From Clostridia bacterium (GTDB lineage Bacteria > Bacillota > Clostridia > TANB77 > CAG-508), in NCBI GenBank assembly GCA_022790685.1, contig JAAVXQ010000039.1:1-42363 (forward strand): a DNA stretch of 42,363 nt, written 5' to 3'. The translations under genes and the position numbers were made by a program. Positions 9,243 through 17,910 of this stretch are shown piece by piece (the first letter of the stretch is position 1; each line of letters begins with the position of its first letter). The notes beneath the pieces were generated by a model. That model searched no databases, was not told where the DNA came from, and saw only the letters and a program-made list of their open reading frames with translations.

Positions 9243-12206
9243 ATGAATGAAAGATTAGAAAAAATAAAAGAATTACTTGGAAAGTATAATCAGGAACATC
9301 TACTTGTAAATTATGATAAGTTAGATGATCAAAAGAGGGAAGAACTATTAAATCAAATAGAAAATATTGATTTCAACCTTATGAAAGAATTATATGAACA
9401 AACACAAAAACCTGTTGATTTAGGAACAGTTACAATTGAGCCAATAGAACATGTAGATAAATCTAAATTAACTGTTAGTGAAAAAGAAATGTACAGAAAA
9501 AAGGGTATTGAAGCCATAAAATATAATAAATTTGCTACAGTAACAATGGCAGGTGGACAAGGAACAAGACTTGGTCATTCAGGACCTAAAGGAACATATA
9601 TATTTGATCCTGTATTAAATAAATCTATTTTTGAAGTATTATGTGATACCTTAAAAGAAGCCTGGAAAACATATGATACAGTAATTCCATGGTATTTAAT
9701 GACAAGCAAAGAAAATCATGATGCTACAGTTAAATTTTTTGAAGAGAAAAATTATTTTGGATATCCAAAGGAAGCTGTGAAATTTTTTAAACAAGGTCAA
9801 TTACCAATGTTAGGAATTGATGGAAAAATATTACTTACAGAAGAGGGAATGGTAAAAGAAGCTGCAAATGGTCATGGTGGAACACTTCAATCTATGGATA
9901 GAGCAAATGTTATAAGTGAAATGAAAGAAAATGGTATAGAATGGGTATTTATTAATGGTGTTGATAATGTATTAGTAAAACCAGTTGACCCATTATTAAT
10001 AGGAATGTCTATTCATAATAAAGTATTAGGAGCTGTTAAGTCTATAGAGAAGACAGATCCTAAAGAAAAAGTAGGTGTATTTTGTAGAAAGAATAAAAAA
10101 GTAGGAGTTGTTGAGTACACTGAAATTTCAGAAGAAATGGCAAATTTAAGAGATGATGATAGATCTCTTGTATATGGAGATGCAAATGCAATATTCCATT
10201 TATATAATATAAAAGGATTAGAAAAAGTAAGCGAACTTAGTCTTCCTTATCATACAGCAGTAAAAAAAGCAAACTATATGGATGAAAATGGAAAAATAGT
10301 AACAGCAGATAAACCAAATGCTTATAAATTTGAAATGTTTATATTTGATTCATATGAAATGTTTGATGATGTGGTTGTACTAAGAGTAAAAAGAGAAGAA
10401 GAATTTGCACCAATAAAAAATGCAGAAGGTCAAGATAGTCCAGAAACAGCAAGAAAATTATATAAAGACTACATGAATAAAGTAGAATATCATAAGAAAT
10501 ATAAAGAATGGTCAACAAATCCAATTTTTGATGAAGAAACCAGAAAAGAGTTATTATTAATAACAGGAAATGAAGAAGAAATAAAAGATAGATTTTATAA
10601 AGACTTAGAATTTGGAACAGCAGGTCTAAGAGGCGTTATTGGAAATGGTACAAATAGAATGAATATTTATACTGTTACAAAAGCAACTCAAGGATTAGCA
10701 AATTTTATATTAAAAGAAGGAACAGAAAACAAAGGTGTAGTAATAAGTTATGATTCAAGAAATATGTCACCAGAATTTGCAGAAGCAACAGCACTTTGTT
10801 TAAATGCAAATGGTATAAAAACATATATTTTTGAGTCTCTAAGACCAGTTCCAGAATTATCTTTTGCAGTAAGAGAACTTGAATGTACAGCTGGTATTAT
10901 GATTACAGCAAGTCATAATCCACCAGAATATAATGGATATAAAGTATATTGGGATGATGGAGCACAAATAGTTTCACCAGTAGACAAAGAAATAATTGCA
11001 GAAGTAAATAAAGTAAAAGATTATTCATTAATTAGAAAAATAAGCTTAGAAGAAGCTAGAGCTCAAAGATTATATAATGTAATAGGAAAAGCGATGGATA
11101 AACTATACTTAAGAGCAATAAAAAAGCAAGTATTAAATCTAGATATAATAAAAGAGGTAGAAAAAGACTTAAATATAGTATATACACCACTACATGGAAC
11201 TGGAAATGTTCCAGTCCAAGCAGTACTATCAGATTTAGGATTTTCAAATGTATATGTAGTACCAGAACAAGAATTACCAAATGGAAGTTTTCCAACAGTA
11301 GATTATCCTAATCCAGAAGATGTAAAAGCTTTTGATTTAGCCTTAAAACTTGCAAACAAAGTTGATGCAGATGTTGTTTTAGCAACAGATCCAGATGCTG
11401 ATAGATTGGGAGTTTTTGCAAAAGATAGTAAAACAGAGGAATATAAAGCATTTACTGGAAATATGTCGGGGTTATTAATAGCAGAATATGTTTTATCACA
11501 AAAACAAGAAAAAGGATTACTTCCAAAAAATGGAGCATTAATTTCAACAATAGTTTCTTCAAATTTAGCAATAGCGATAGCTAAAGAATACGGTGTAGAC
11601 TTTATAGAAGTTCTTACAGGATTCAAATACATAGGTGAGCAAATAAGAAATTTTGAAAGCTCAGGAAGTCATGAATATTTATTTGGATATGAAGAGAGTT
11701 ATGGATGTTTAGTTGGAACACATAGCAGAGATAAAGATGCAATAACAGCAGTTATGATGCTTTGTGAAGCAGCAGCATACTATAAGAAAAAAGGATTAAC
11801 TTTATGGGATCAAATGATAAAGATATATGAAAAATATGGATTCTATAAAGAAGGTATTTCAACAATTACATTAAAAGGTGCAGATGGAGCAGAAAAAATA
11901 AAAGAATTAATGGAAAATATTAGAAAAAATCCACCTAAGAAATTAGGAGACTATAATGTTATTAGTGTAAGAGATTATAAAACTGGAAAGATTGTAGATA
12001 TTAAAACTGGTAAAGAATCAGAAACAGGACTTCCAGAATCTAATGTATTATATTTTGATTTAGAAGATTCTGCATGGTGCTGTGTAAGACCATCTGGAAC
12101 AGAACCAAAGGTTAAGTTCTATATGGGAGTAAAAGGAAATTCAATGAAAGATAGTGAAGATAAATTAAATACTTTAAGAAGAGCTATGACAGGATTATCA
12201 GAATAG
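9243..12206 (+). CDS. Bifunctional fusion: UDP-sugar pyrophosphorylase (UDPGP family) fused to phosphoglucomutase/phosphomannomutase
   Basis: The N-terminal ~410 aa carry UDPGP motifs (MAGGQGTRLGHSGPKG, WYLMTS, NGHGG, VDNVLVKPVDP, VGVVEYTEIS). The C-terminal ~575 aa form an alpha-D-phosphohexomutase (DLEFGTAGLRG, active site TASHNPPEYNGYK). It is one uninterrupted frame. Confidence 0.85.
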   Translation: MNERLEKIKELLGKYNQEHLLVNYDKLDDQKREELLNQIENIDFNLMKELYEQTQKPVDLGTVTIEPIEHVDKSKLTVSEKEMYRKKGIEAIKYNKFATVTMAGGQGTRLGHSGPKGTYIFDPVLNKSIFEVLCDTLKEAWKTYDTVIPWYLMTSKENHDATVKFFEEKNYFGYPKEAVKFFKQGQLPMLGIDGKILLTEEGMVKEAANGHGGTLQSMDRANVISEMKENGIEWVFINGVDNVLVKPVDPLLIGMSIHNKVLGAVKSIEKTDPKEKVGVFCRKNKKVGVVEYTEISEEMANLRDDDRSLVYGDANAIFHLYNIKGLEKVSELSLPYHTAVKKANYMDENGKIVTADKPNAYKFEMFIFDSYEMFDDVVVLRVKREEEFAPIKNAEGQDSPETARKLYKDYMNKVEYHKKYKEWSTNPIFDEETRKELLLITGNEEEIKDRFYKDLEFGTAGLRGVIGNGTNRMNIYTVTKATQGLANFILKEGTENKGVVISYDSRNMSPEFAEATALCLNANGIKTYIFESLRPVPELSFAVRELECTAGIMITASHNPPEYNGYKVYWDDGAQIVSPVDKEIIAEVNKVKDYSLIRKISLEEARAQRLYNVIGKAMDKLYLRAIKKQVLNLDIIKEVEKDLNIVYTPLHGTGNVPVQAVLSDLGFSNVYVVPEQELPNGSFPTVDYPNPEDVKAFDLALKLANKVDADVVLATDPDADRLGVFAKDSKTEEYKAFTGNMSGLLIAEYVLSQKQEKGLLPKNGALISTIVSSNLAIAIAKEYGVDFIEVLTGFKYIGEQIRNFESSGSHEYLFGYEESYGCLVGTHSRDKDAITAVMMLCEAAAYYKKKGLTLWDQMIKIYEKYGFYKEGISTITLKGADGAEKIKELMENIRKNPPKKLGDYNVISVRDYKTGKIVDIKTGKESETGLPESNVLYFDLEDSAWCCVRPSGTEPKVKFYMGVKGNSMKDSEDKLNTLRRAMTGLSE

Positions 12207-12229
12207 ATTTCATACAAGAAATAGTTATT

Positions 12230-12281
12230 AAGCCACTTTTAGAAATATAGTATAAATATTTCTTTAAAAGTGGCTTTTTTT
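12230..12281 (+). terminator. Rho-independent terminator after the fusion gene
   Basis: Stem AAGCCACTTTTA/TAAAAGTGGCTT followed by a T run. Confidence 0.7.
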
Positions 12282-12387
12282 ATATATGAATTTACTATTT
12301 TAGCAATATCTATAAATACTTTTATGAGTAAAAAATTAACTTTTAGGGAAAATTAAAATAAAAATATTAAAAAATTTTTGAAAAAGG

Positions 12388-12416
12388 TTGACATATATAA
12401 AAAAATGTTGTATCAT
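12388..12416 (+). promoter_or_regulatory. Putative sigma-70-type promoter for the tRNA-Lys/Glu/Thr cluster
   Basis: TTGACA 12388-12393, 17-nt spacer, TATCAT 12411-12416. Confidence 0.55.
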
Positions 12417-12458
12417 ATAAAGGCAGTCGCAAATAAACGACTGATCCATATTTTTAAT

Positions 12459-12534
12459 GGGCTATTAGCTCAGGTGGTAGAGCACTTGACTTTTAATCAA
12501 GTTGTCCCGCGTTCGAGTCGCGGATAGCTCACCA
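12459..12534 (+). tRNA. tRNA-Lys (anticodon UUU)
   Basis: Acceptor GGGCTAT/ATAGCTC, anticodon stem CTTGA/TCAAG with loop CTTTTAA, GTTCGAGTC T-loop, CCA. Confidence 0.9.
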
Positions 12535-12560
12535 AGAATACTTTATAAGTATTCTTTTAT

Positions 12561-12635
12561 GGCCCCTTGGTCAAGCGGTTAAGACATCGCCCTTTCACGG
12601 CGGAGACATGGGTTCGATTCCCGTAGGGGTCACCA
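12561..12635 (+). tRNA. tRNA-Glu (anticodon UUC)
   Basis: Acceptor GGCCCCT/AGGGGTC, anticodon loop CTTTCAC, GGTTCGATTCC T-loop, CCA. Confidence 0.9.
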
Positions 12636-12656
12636 ATTAAAATATGGAAAATATAT

Positions 12657-12732
<76 letters not shown>

Positions 12733-12735
12733 CAG

Positions 12736-12765
12736 AAAATCGAGTAAAAAATACTCGATTTTTTT
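12736..12765 (+). terminator. Rho-independent terminator after the tRNA cluster
   Basis: Stem AAAATCGAGTA/TACTCGATTTT followed by a T run. Confidence 0.75.
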
Positions 12766-12862
12766 GATGTAAAAATTAAATTAATAAAAAAGAGCAATAT
12801 ATAAAGTGAAAAAATAGATATGTTTTGAATTTAAACAATATTATATATATAAAATAATAACA

Positions 12863-12885
12863 ATGCATATAAGTTATATACACCA
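12863..12885. repeat. Left copy of the imperfect direct repeat flanking the GC-rich islet
   Basis: ATGCATATAAGTTATATACACCA. It shares ATGCAT at its start and TATACACCA at its end with the copy at 13444-13468. Confidence 0.4.
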
Positions 12886-12929
12886 ACTAAAACGAGGCCA
12901 TTTCTTTCGAAACGGCCTCGTTTTAGTTG
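12884..12929 (-). terminator. Perfect 16-bp inverted repeat, a terminator-like hairpin at the islet edge
   Basis: CAACTAAAACGAGGCC (12884-12899) pairs with GGCCTCGTTTTAGTTG (12914-12929) around a 14-nt loop. It lies just downstream of the minus-strand ORF stop at 12945. Confidence 0.6.
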
Positions 12930-13443
12930 CGTCTGTTAGGTACATCAGCAGAGATTGAGGGTTTTCTCCCAGACCATCATTTGCTCATTGTCTGAGAAAA
13001 ACAGAATGAGTCGATACTCGCTGTCGGACACTTTGATTTCCCGCAGTACGCAGCCCTTGTGCTGGTTAAGAAGCTCCTTGGCCCGTTGACACTTTGCCTG
13101 AGCGCTGGGACCATCTCCTTCATCATCCTTTACTTCCAAGATTTTGGTACAGGTGATTTCTGTCATGATGTCCCTTCTTCCAAGAGTCATTTCCCAAGCC
13201 GACATCAGTGCACTGGAATCAAGGGACGGCATGATGAAATAAACTCCGTCAAGCAGCTTTCTTTCTACCAGCATCTCGCCACCGTATTTTGCCAGCAAGT
13301 CTTTTGCCTTTCCGCAGAAAGTTAGTGCGAAGCATCATCTACGTCCCGGACCATGAAGTTTTTGACTACGAGACCTTCATTGTTGCTAAGATAATTCATT
13401 GTTACCATATGCTGTGACCCTCCTAAAGTCAAATAAAAATAAT
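12886..13443. mobile_element. GC-rich foreign DNA islet, possibly a remnant of an integrated element, next to the tRNA cluster
   Basis: Hand counts: line 13021-13080 has 32 of 60 G+C, while flank line 12781-12840 has 9 of 60. The transitions are abrupt, the islet lies about 150 bp downstream of tRNA-Thr, and it is flanked by imperfect direct repeats. Confidence 0.5.
12945..13298 (-). CDS. Hypothetical protein encoded in the GC-rich islet
   Basis: 117-aa ORF with TTG start and GAAAGG 8 nt upstream. Its composition is foreign to the host. A 28-codon ORF (13322-13408, strong GGAGGG SD) lies upstream in another frame, so the two may be halves of a frameshifted gene. Confidence 0.45.
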   Translation of the reverse strand: MLAKYGGEMLVERKLLDGVYFIMPSLDSSALMSAWEMTLGRRDIMTEITCTKILEVKDDEGDGPSAQAKCQRAKELLNQHKGCVLREIKVSDSEYRLILFFSDNEQMMVWEKTLNLC

Positions 13444-13468
13444 ATGCATCACTATATATTATACACCA
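13444..13468. repeat. Right copy of the imperfect direct repeat flanking the GC-rich islet
   Basis: ATGCATCACTATATATTATACACCA; compare 12863-12885. Confidence 0.4.
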
Positions 13469-13605
13469 TATTTTATAATTTGTAAACTGATAGCATTATA
13501 ATAATTTGATAAGTAGATTATATTTAAATTCAAGAGCTTTTGGTATTGAGAAAAATAGACAATGATGATATAATAAAATATATTTTTATGAAAGTAAGGA
13601 AAAAA

Positions 13606-14337
13606 ATGAAAAATAAAGTGGTATTGATAACAGGTGCTTCAAAAGGAATTGGAAGAAATATAGCTAAATCACTTGCAATAGAAGGATATACTATAATAGC
13701 AAATTATAATAATTCCGAAAAATTAGCAATGGAGCTAAAAGAAGAACTTAAAAAAGATGAGATAGATATAGAAATATTTAAAGCAGATGTTTCTAAAAAA
13801 GAAGAATCTCAAAGGCTAGTAAACTATTGTCTTGAAAAATATGGAAAGATAGATATTTTAGTTAATAATGCAGGAATTGCACAAAGCAAATTATTTACAG
13901 ATATAACATATGAGGAATTTGATAATATAATGAAAACAAATGTATATTCTGCATTTTTTATAACACAAGAAGTTGCTAGAAATATGATAAACAATAAAAG
14001 TGGATGTATAATAAATATTTCTTCAATTTGGGGATTAGTGGGTGCATCTTGTGAAGTACATTATTCGATGACAAAAGCAGCAATAGATGGAATGACAAAG
14101 TCACTAGCCAAAGAATTAGGATTATCAAATATTAGAGTAAATTCAGTTGCTCCTGGCTGTATACAAACAGATATGACTAAAAATTTAAGTGAAGAAGATT
14201 GGAAAGGAATATTAGAAGAAAGTGCTTTATATAAAAAAGGTAAGCCTGAAGATATAACAAGATGTGTTAAATGGCTTATAGAAGATGAATTTACAACAGG
14301 TCAGGTCATATCACCAAATGGTGGTTTAGTAATTTAA
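13606..14337 (+). CDS. Short-chain dehydrogenase/reductase, 3-oxoacyl-ACP reductase (FabG)-like
   Basis: TGASKGIG cofactor motif, NNAG, and catalytic S...YxxxK (SSIWG...YSMTKAA). I chose the start at MKNKVVLITG, which has AAGGA upstream. Confidence 0.8.
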   Translation: MKNKVVLITGASKGIGRNIAKSLAIEGYTIIANYNNSEKLAMELKEELKKDEIDIEIFKADVSKKEESQRLVNYCLEKYGKIDILVNNAGIAQSKLFTDITYEEFDNIMKTNVYSAFFITQEVARNMINNKSGCIINISSIWGLVGASCEVHYSMTKAAIDGMTKSLAKELGLSNIRVNSVAPGCIQTDMTKNLSEEDWKGILEESALYKKGKPEDITRCVKWLIEDEFTTGQVISPNGGLVI

Positions 14338-14395
14338 AAAACATAGAATTAATAATATAAATTTACATCAAAAAATCCTAGACTACTCTAGGATT

Positions 14396-14866
14396 TTACA
14401 CGTTAGTATCTGCTTTGCGTTTCTTTTTATAGTTTCCAGAAATAAGTCTAGGAACATATATAAGCATTTTATATATGGCAAGTTTTATTTTTTTTGAGAT
14501 AATGTAAGATTTTCTAAGTCTTCTTATAGTAGGTACATCAAAGTCTTCTAATAAAACTAAAGAAGCTTCTGGATGTTCTATTAAGAAAATATAATTGTGA
14601 TTATTGTTATTATCCCATTCATTTTTTTCATTTTTTAAGCAAAAATTAAAAGTATCTTTATCTAAAAGATCAACTTCTATTTGAAAACCTAGTTCTGTTT
14701 TTACCATTTCACCATCTACTAAATTATCCCATGAATTCCCAAAACCATAATGAATGTATACATTAGTAGAGCCATCTTGAAAAAACTTACCAGTATATGA
14801 AATTTTTACCTTTGTATTAGGCGTTAATTTATCTGTATTAAAGAATATGTTTTTAACTAATTCCAT
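14396..14866 (-). CDS. Hypothetical protein with a possible CBM25/CBM53-like carbohydrate-binding fold
   Basis: GAGGAG SD. The pattern VKISYTG...VYIHYGFGNSWDN...FNFCLKNEKNEWDNNNNHNY resembles starch-binding modules. The functional call is weak. Confidence 0.4.
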   Translation of the reverse strand: MELVKNIFFNTDKLTPNTKVKISYTGKFFQDGSTNVYIHYGFGNSWDNLVDGEMVKTELGFQIEVDLLDKDTFNFCLKNEKNEWDNNNNHNYIFLIEHPEASLVLLEDFDVPTIRRLRKSYIISKKIKLAIYKMLIYVPRLISGNYKKKRKADTNV

Positions 14867-15041
14867 TTATTTCTCCTCTTAAGTAAATAACTGTAAATAT
14901 TATATATTTAAAAGGAAACATATTCAAGTGGAAAACTCAAATGTAATGAAAATGTAAAAGAAAAAAGCGTACAAGTCATATAGCCCATACACTTTACTAT
15001 TTTGTTATATTTATAAAAAGTATTTTAAACAGAAAAAATAT

Positions 15042-15608
15042 CTATACATAAATTTTTCCAATAATTTGAAAATCAAAAGTATTGTTAATTTGAATATCAT
15101 CAAATTCCTTATTATCTGCTCTTAAAACAAATTTTCCTCTTTTATAAATTAAACGTCTAATAAGAATCTGATCTTGAAATTTAAAAATACCAATATCTTT
15201 ATTTGAAAGTAATCCACAAAGTTCTACATAAACATATGTACTTTCTTTAATAATAGGAGCCATAGAATTATCATTTACTTTGTATGCAAAACTTGCATTA
15301 GAATATTCAGCAGGACAGTTAATGTAAGCATCTATTTGTGATATAGCTGGTATTGTATTATAAGAAATTTTATCTATATAATTATAAGTTTTTTGTTCTT
15401 CTGTTAGATTTTTATCATATGTATATAGTAGTTGTTGGTAAGGAATATTCAAAGCTGAACAAATAGACTTTAATGCTTTATGACTAGGGTTTCTTTCACC
15501 TTTTTCAATATGAGTTAAATGCCCAATATTTATATCTGTTACTTCTGCTAGTTTTGTTTTAGTAATACCTTTTTCTTTTCGAATTCTTGATATCATTTCA
15601 CCTATCAT
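15042..15608 (-). CDS. XRE-family HTH repressor fused to an S24 (LexA-like) peptidase domain
   Basis: N-terminal HTH (IRKEKGITKTKLAEVTDINIGHLTHIEKGERNPS). C-terminal S24-like region with NDNSMAP and LIRRLIYKRGKFVLRADN. Confidence 0.8.
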   Translation of the reverse strand: MIGEMISRIRKEKGITKTKLAEVTDINIGHLTHIEKGERNPSHKALKSICSALNIPYQQLLYTYDKNLTEEQKTYNYIDKISYNTIPAISQIDAYINCPAEYSNASFAYKVNDNSMAPIIKESTYVYVELCGLLSNKDIGIFKFQDQILIRRLIYKRGKFVLRADNKEFDDIQINNTFDFQIIGKIYV

Positions 15609-15747
15609 AGTTTCTTACCTCACTTAAAATATTTGTCAAATTAATTATATATATAAAAATTTTTATTGTCTAGTACAATTTTTTATTGCAGAAAAATAGT
15701 ACATATGATAATATTGTTAATAATTAAAGTACGGAAGGAAGAGTGGC

Positions 15748-17571
15748 ATGGCTTCTAACAATAAAAAAAATGCAAATAAAAAAATAGAAATTATAGAAGA
15801 AAATTTAAAAATAGCAGAAGTAAAAGAAGTTGAAGAAAAATTAATAGAAGAAAATAAAGAACCTCAAAAAACTATAAATAAACAAATAGATAAAAGAAGC
15901 GATATTACAAATAAGGATAAACCAATTGAAAATAAACAACCACAAAAAAGAGAAAAAATAAACATAGAGGAAGAGCAAAAAGCTCTTATAGAAAAAAAAG
16001 AAAATAGTAAAAAGAAAAGAACATATATAGCTATAAATATTTTTTTAATGCTTGTAATAATTTTATTATTTTCAACAGTATTTGCAATTATGAATATAAA
16101 TAATACAAATATTGTAAAAGGTGTAAAAATTAAAAATATAGATATATCAAATTTATCAGTAGAAGAGGCAAAAAACAAAATTACAGAAGCAATAAATATT
16201 GAGTTAATTCCAGAAATTAAACTAAAGTATGAAGAATATGAAACAACTATAAAACCAAAAAACTTTGAATATAATTATAAAATAGATTTTGCCATAGAAG
16301 AAGCAAAAAGTATAGGAAGAAAGGGAAATGTATTAGAAAATAATTATGAACTTCTTTTAGTTGCTTTTTGGGGAAAAGATATTGATATAAATGCAGAATA
16401 CAATGAAGAGCTTTTAAATTCGGCTGTAGATAGTATTGCATCTTCAGTACCAGGAGTTGTTGTTAACCCAAGTTATTATATAGAAAACAATGAGCTTATA
16501 ATAAATAGAGGAACACCAGGAATAAAAGTAGAGAAGGAAAAATTAAAAGAAAATATATTAAACTTAATAAAAAATAGAAATGCTTCAGACATATTATTAA
16601 ATAATAAAATTTCGGAAGAATTAAATATACCTATACAGCAGGTTAATCCTGAAGAAATTGATATTGATAAAATTTATAGTGAAATACATAAAGAACCACA
16701 AGATGCATATTTTATAAAAGAACCTTTTAAGATTGTATCAGAATCAGATGGAATAGATTTACAAAATAGTTTAGAAGAAGTAAGAAATATAATAAAAAAT
16801 GAAAACAAAGATGAATATAAGTTTGCATTAACAATAACAAAACCACAAAAAACAGTTAAAGATTTAGGAGCAGAAGCATTTCCATATACAATATCAAAAT
16901 TTTCAACAAGATATGATGCAAGTAATATTGATAGAAGTAAAAATTTAAAAATTTCTGCTGATAAAATAAATGGAACAGTTCTTATGCCAGGAGAAACCTT
17001 TTCCTTTAATAAAGTTGTTGGAAAAAGAACTATAGAAGAGGGTTATAGAAATGCAAAAATATATGCAAATGGTGGAGTTGTAGATGGTTTAGCAGGAGGA
17101 ATATGCCAAATATCTTCGACTCTATATAATGCAGTATTAATTGCAAATTTAAAAATAGAAGAAAGAAGAAATCATGCATTTAAAACTTCGTATGTAGCAG
17201 CAGGAAGAGATGCTACAGTTGTTTATGGAACGATAGATTTTAAATTTACAAATTCAAGATCATATCCAATAAAGATAGCAGCAACAGTGGAAAATGGTGT
17301 AGCAGAGTTTTCTATAAATGGAATTCAAGAAGAAGTAGAATATGAAGTAAAAATATTGCCATCAGTAACTCAAACAATACCGTATACTACTGAAGAAATA
17401 ATAGATCCTACTTTAGCACCAGGAACTAGAATAACAACTCAAAAAGGAAGTAGTGGTTGTAAAGTAACAACATATAAAGAAACGAGACTAAATGGAGCTG
17501 TGGTATCAAAAGAAATTCTTTCAAATGATACATATAGACCTCTAAAAGCAATTGTAAGAGTTGGACCATAA
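15748..17571 (+). CDS. VanW-family protein with an N-terminal TM anchor and a C-terminal G5 domain
   Basis: Lys/Glu-rich N-terminus, TM segment (IAINIFLMLVIILLFSTVFAIM), VanW core (GGGICQISSTLYNA) and a G5-like end (TTQKGSSGCKVTTYKETRLNGAVVSKE). Confidence 0.8.
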   Translation: MASNNKKNANKKIEIIEENLKIAEVKEVEEKLIEENKEPQKTINKQIDKRSDITNKDKPIENKQPQKREKINIEEEQKALIEKKENSKKKRTYIAINIFLMLVIILLFSTVFAIMNINNTNIVKGVKIKNIDISNLSVEEAKNKITEAINIELIPEIKLKYEEYETTIKPKNFEYNYKIDFAIEEAKSIGRKGNVLENNYELLLVAFWGKDIDINAEYNEELLNSAVDSIASSVPGVVVNPSYYIENNELIINRGTPGIKVEKEKLKENILNLIKNRNASDILLNNKISEELNIPIQQVNPEEIDIDKIYSEIHKEPQDAYFIKEPFKIVSESDGIDLQNSLEEVRNIIKNENKDEYKFALTITKPQKTVKDLGAEAFPYTISKFSTRYDASNIDRSKNLKISADKINGTVLMPGETFSFNKVVGKRTIEEGYRNAKIYANGGVVDGLAGGICQISSTLYNAVLIANLKIEERRNHAFKTSYVAAGRDATVVYGTIDFKFTNSRSYPIKIAATVENGVAEFSINGIQEEVEYEVKILPSVTQTIPYTTEEIIDPTLAPGTRITTQKGSSGCKVTTYKETRLNGAVVSKEILSNDTYRPLKAIVRVGP

Positions 17572-17788
17572 AATAAAGCTAGTTTAAATACTAGCTTTAT
17601 TTTTTTAAATAATATATAAATGGTTTAAGCTCAAATAATATATATAAAATAAATTAAAAGTATTTGAAAATTATTAAGTTTATGATATCATATTTAGGTA
17701 AAAAAGTGAGAGAAGGATATTTTAATAGCAAAGCTAATGGCAGCCATTAGTAAAAAAAGAATACAACTTAATTGTATTCTTAAAATAG

Positions 17789-17866
17789 TGGTGCGCCATA
17801 GAGGAATTTAAGCCTCCAGGCCATTTGATTAAGAGAGGGCTGCTCTACCAACTGAGCTAATGGTAA
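17789..17866 (-). pseudogene. Decayed copy of tRNA-Lys(CUU)
   Basis: It shares the 3' acceptor/CCA and D-arm with the intact copy. The T-arm (GAATTTAAGCCTCCAGGCC against GAATCGAACCTCCGACC), the anticodon stem (GAGAGGGC against GAGTCAAC) and the 5' acceptor (TTACCA against GCGCCA) are disrupted. Confidence 0.65.
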
Positions 17867-17872
17867 CTATTA

Positions 17873-17903
17873 GTAAAAAAGAATACAACTTAATTGTATT
17901 CTT
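17873..17903 (-). terminator. Rho-independent terminator after tRNA-Lys(CUU)
   Basis: On the minus strand, stem AAGAATACAA/TTGTATTCTT followed by a T run. Confidence 0.7.
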
Positions 17904-17910
17904 AAAATAG

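Noticed and set aside
10473-10475. Internal Met411 as an independent start for the phosphohexomutase, which would make two genes rather than a fusion.
   Set aside because: There is no stop codon upstream in frame and no SD-like sequence in the 20 nt before the ATG. I kept the single fused CDS but flagged the junction for checking.
13059-13325. 88-aa plus-strand ORF in the GC-rich islet.
   Set aside because: It overlaps the minus-strand ORF almost completely. It has no SD, and the hairpin terminator orientation fits the minus-strand gene. Higher GC naturally yields long open frames on both strands.
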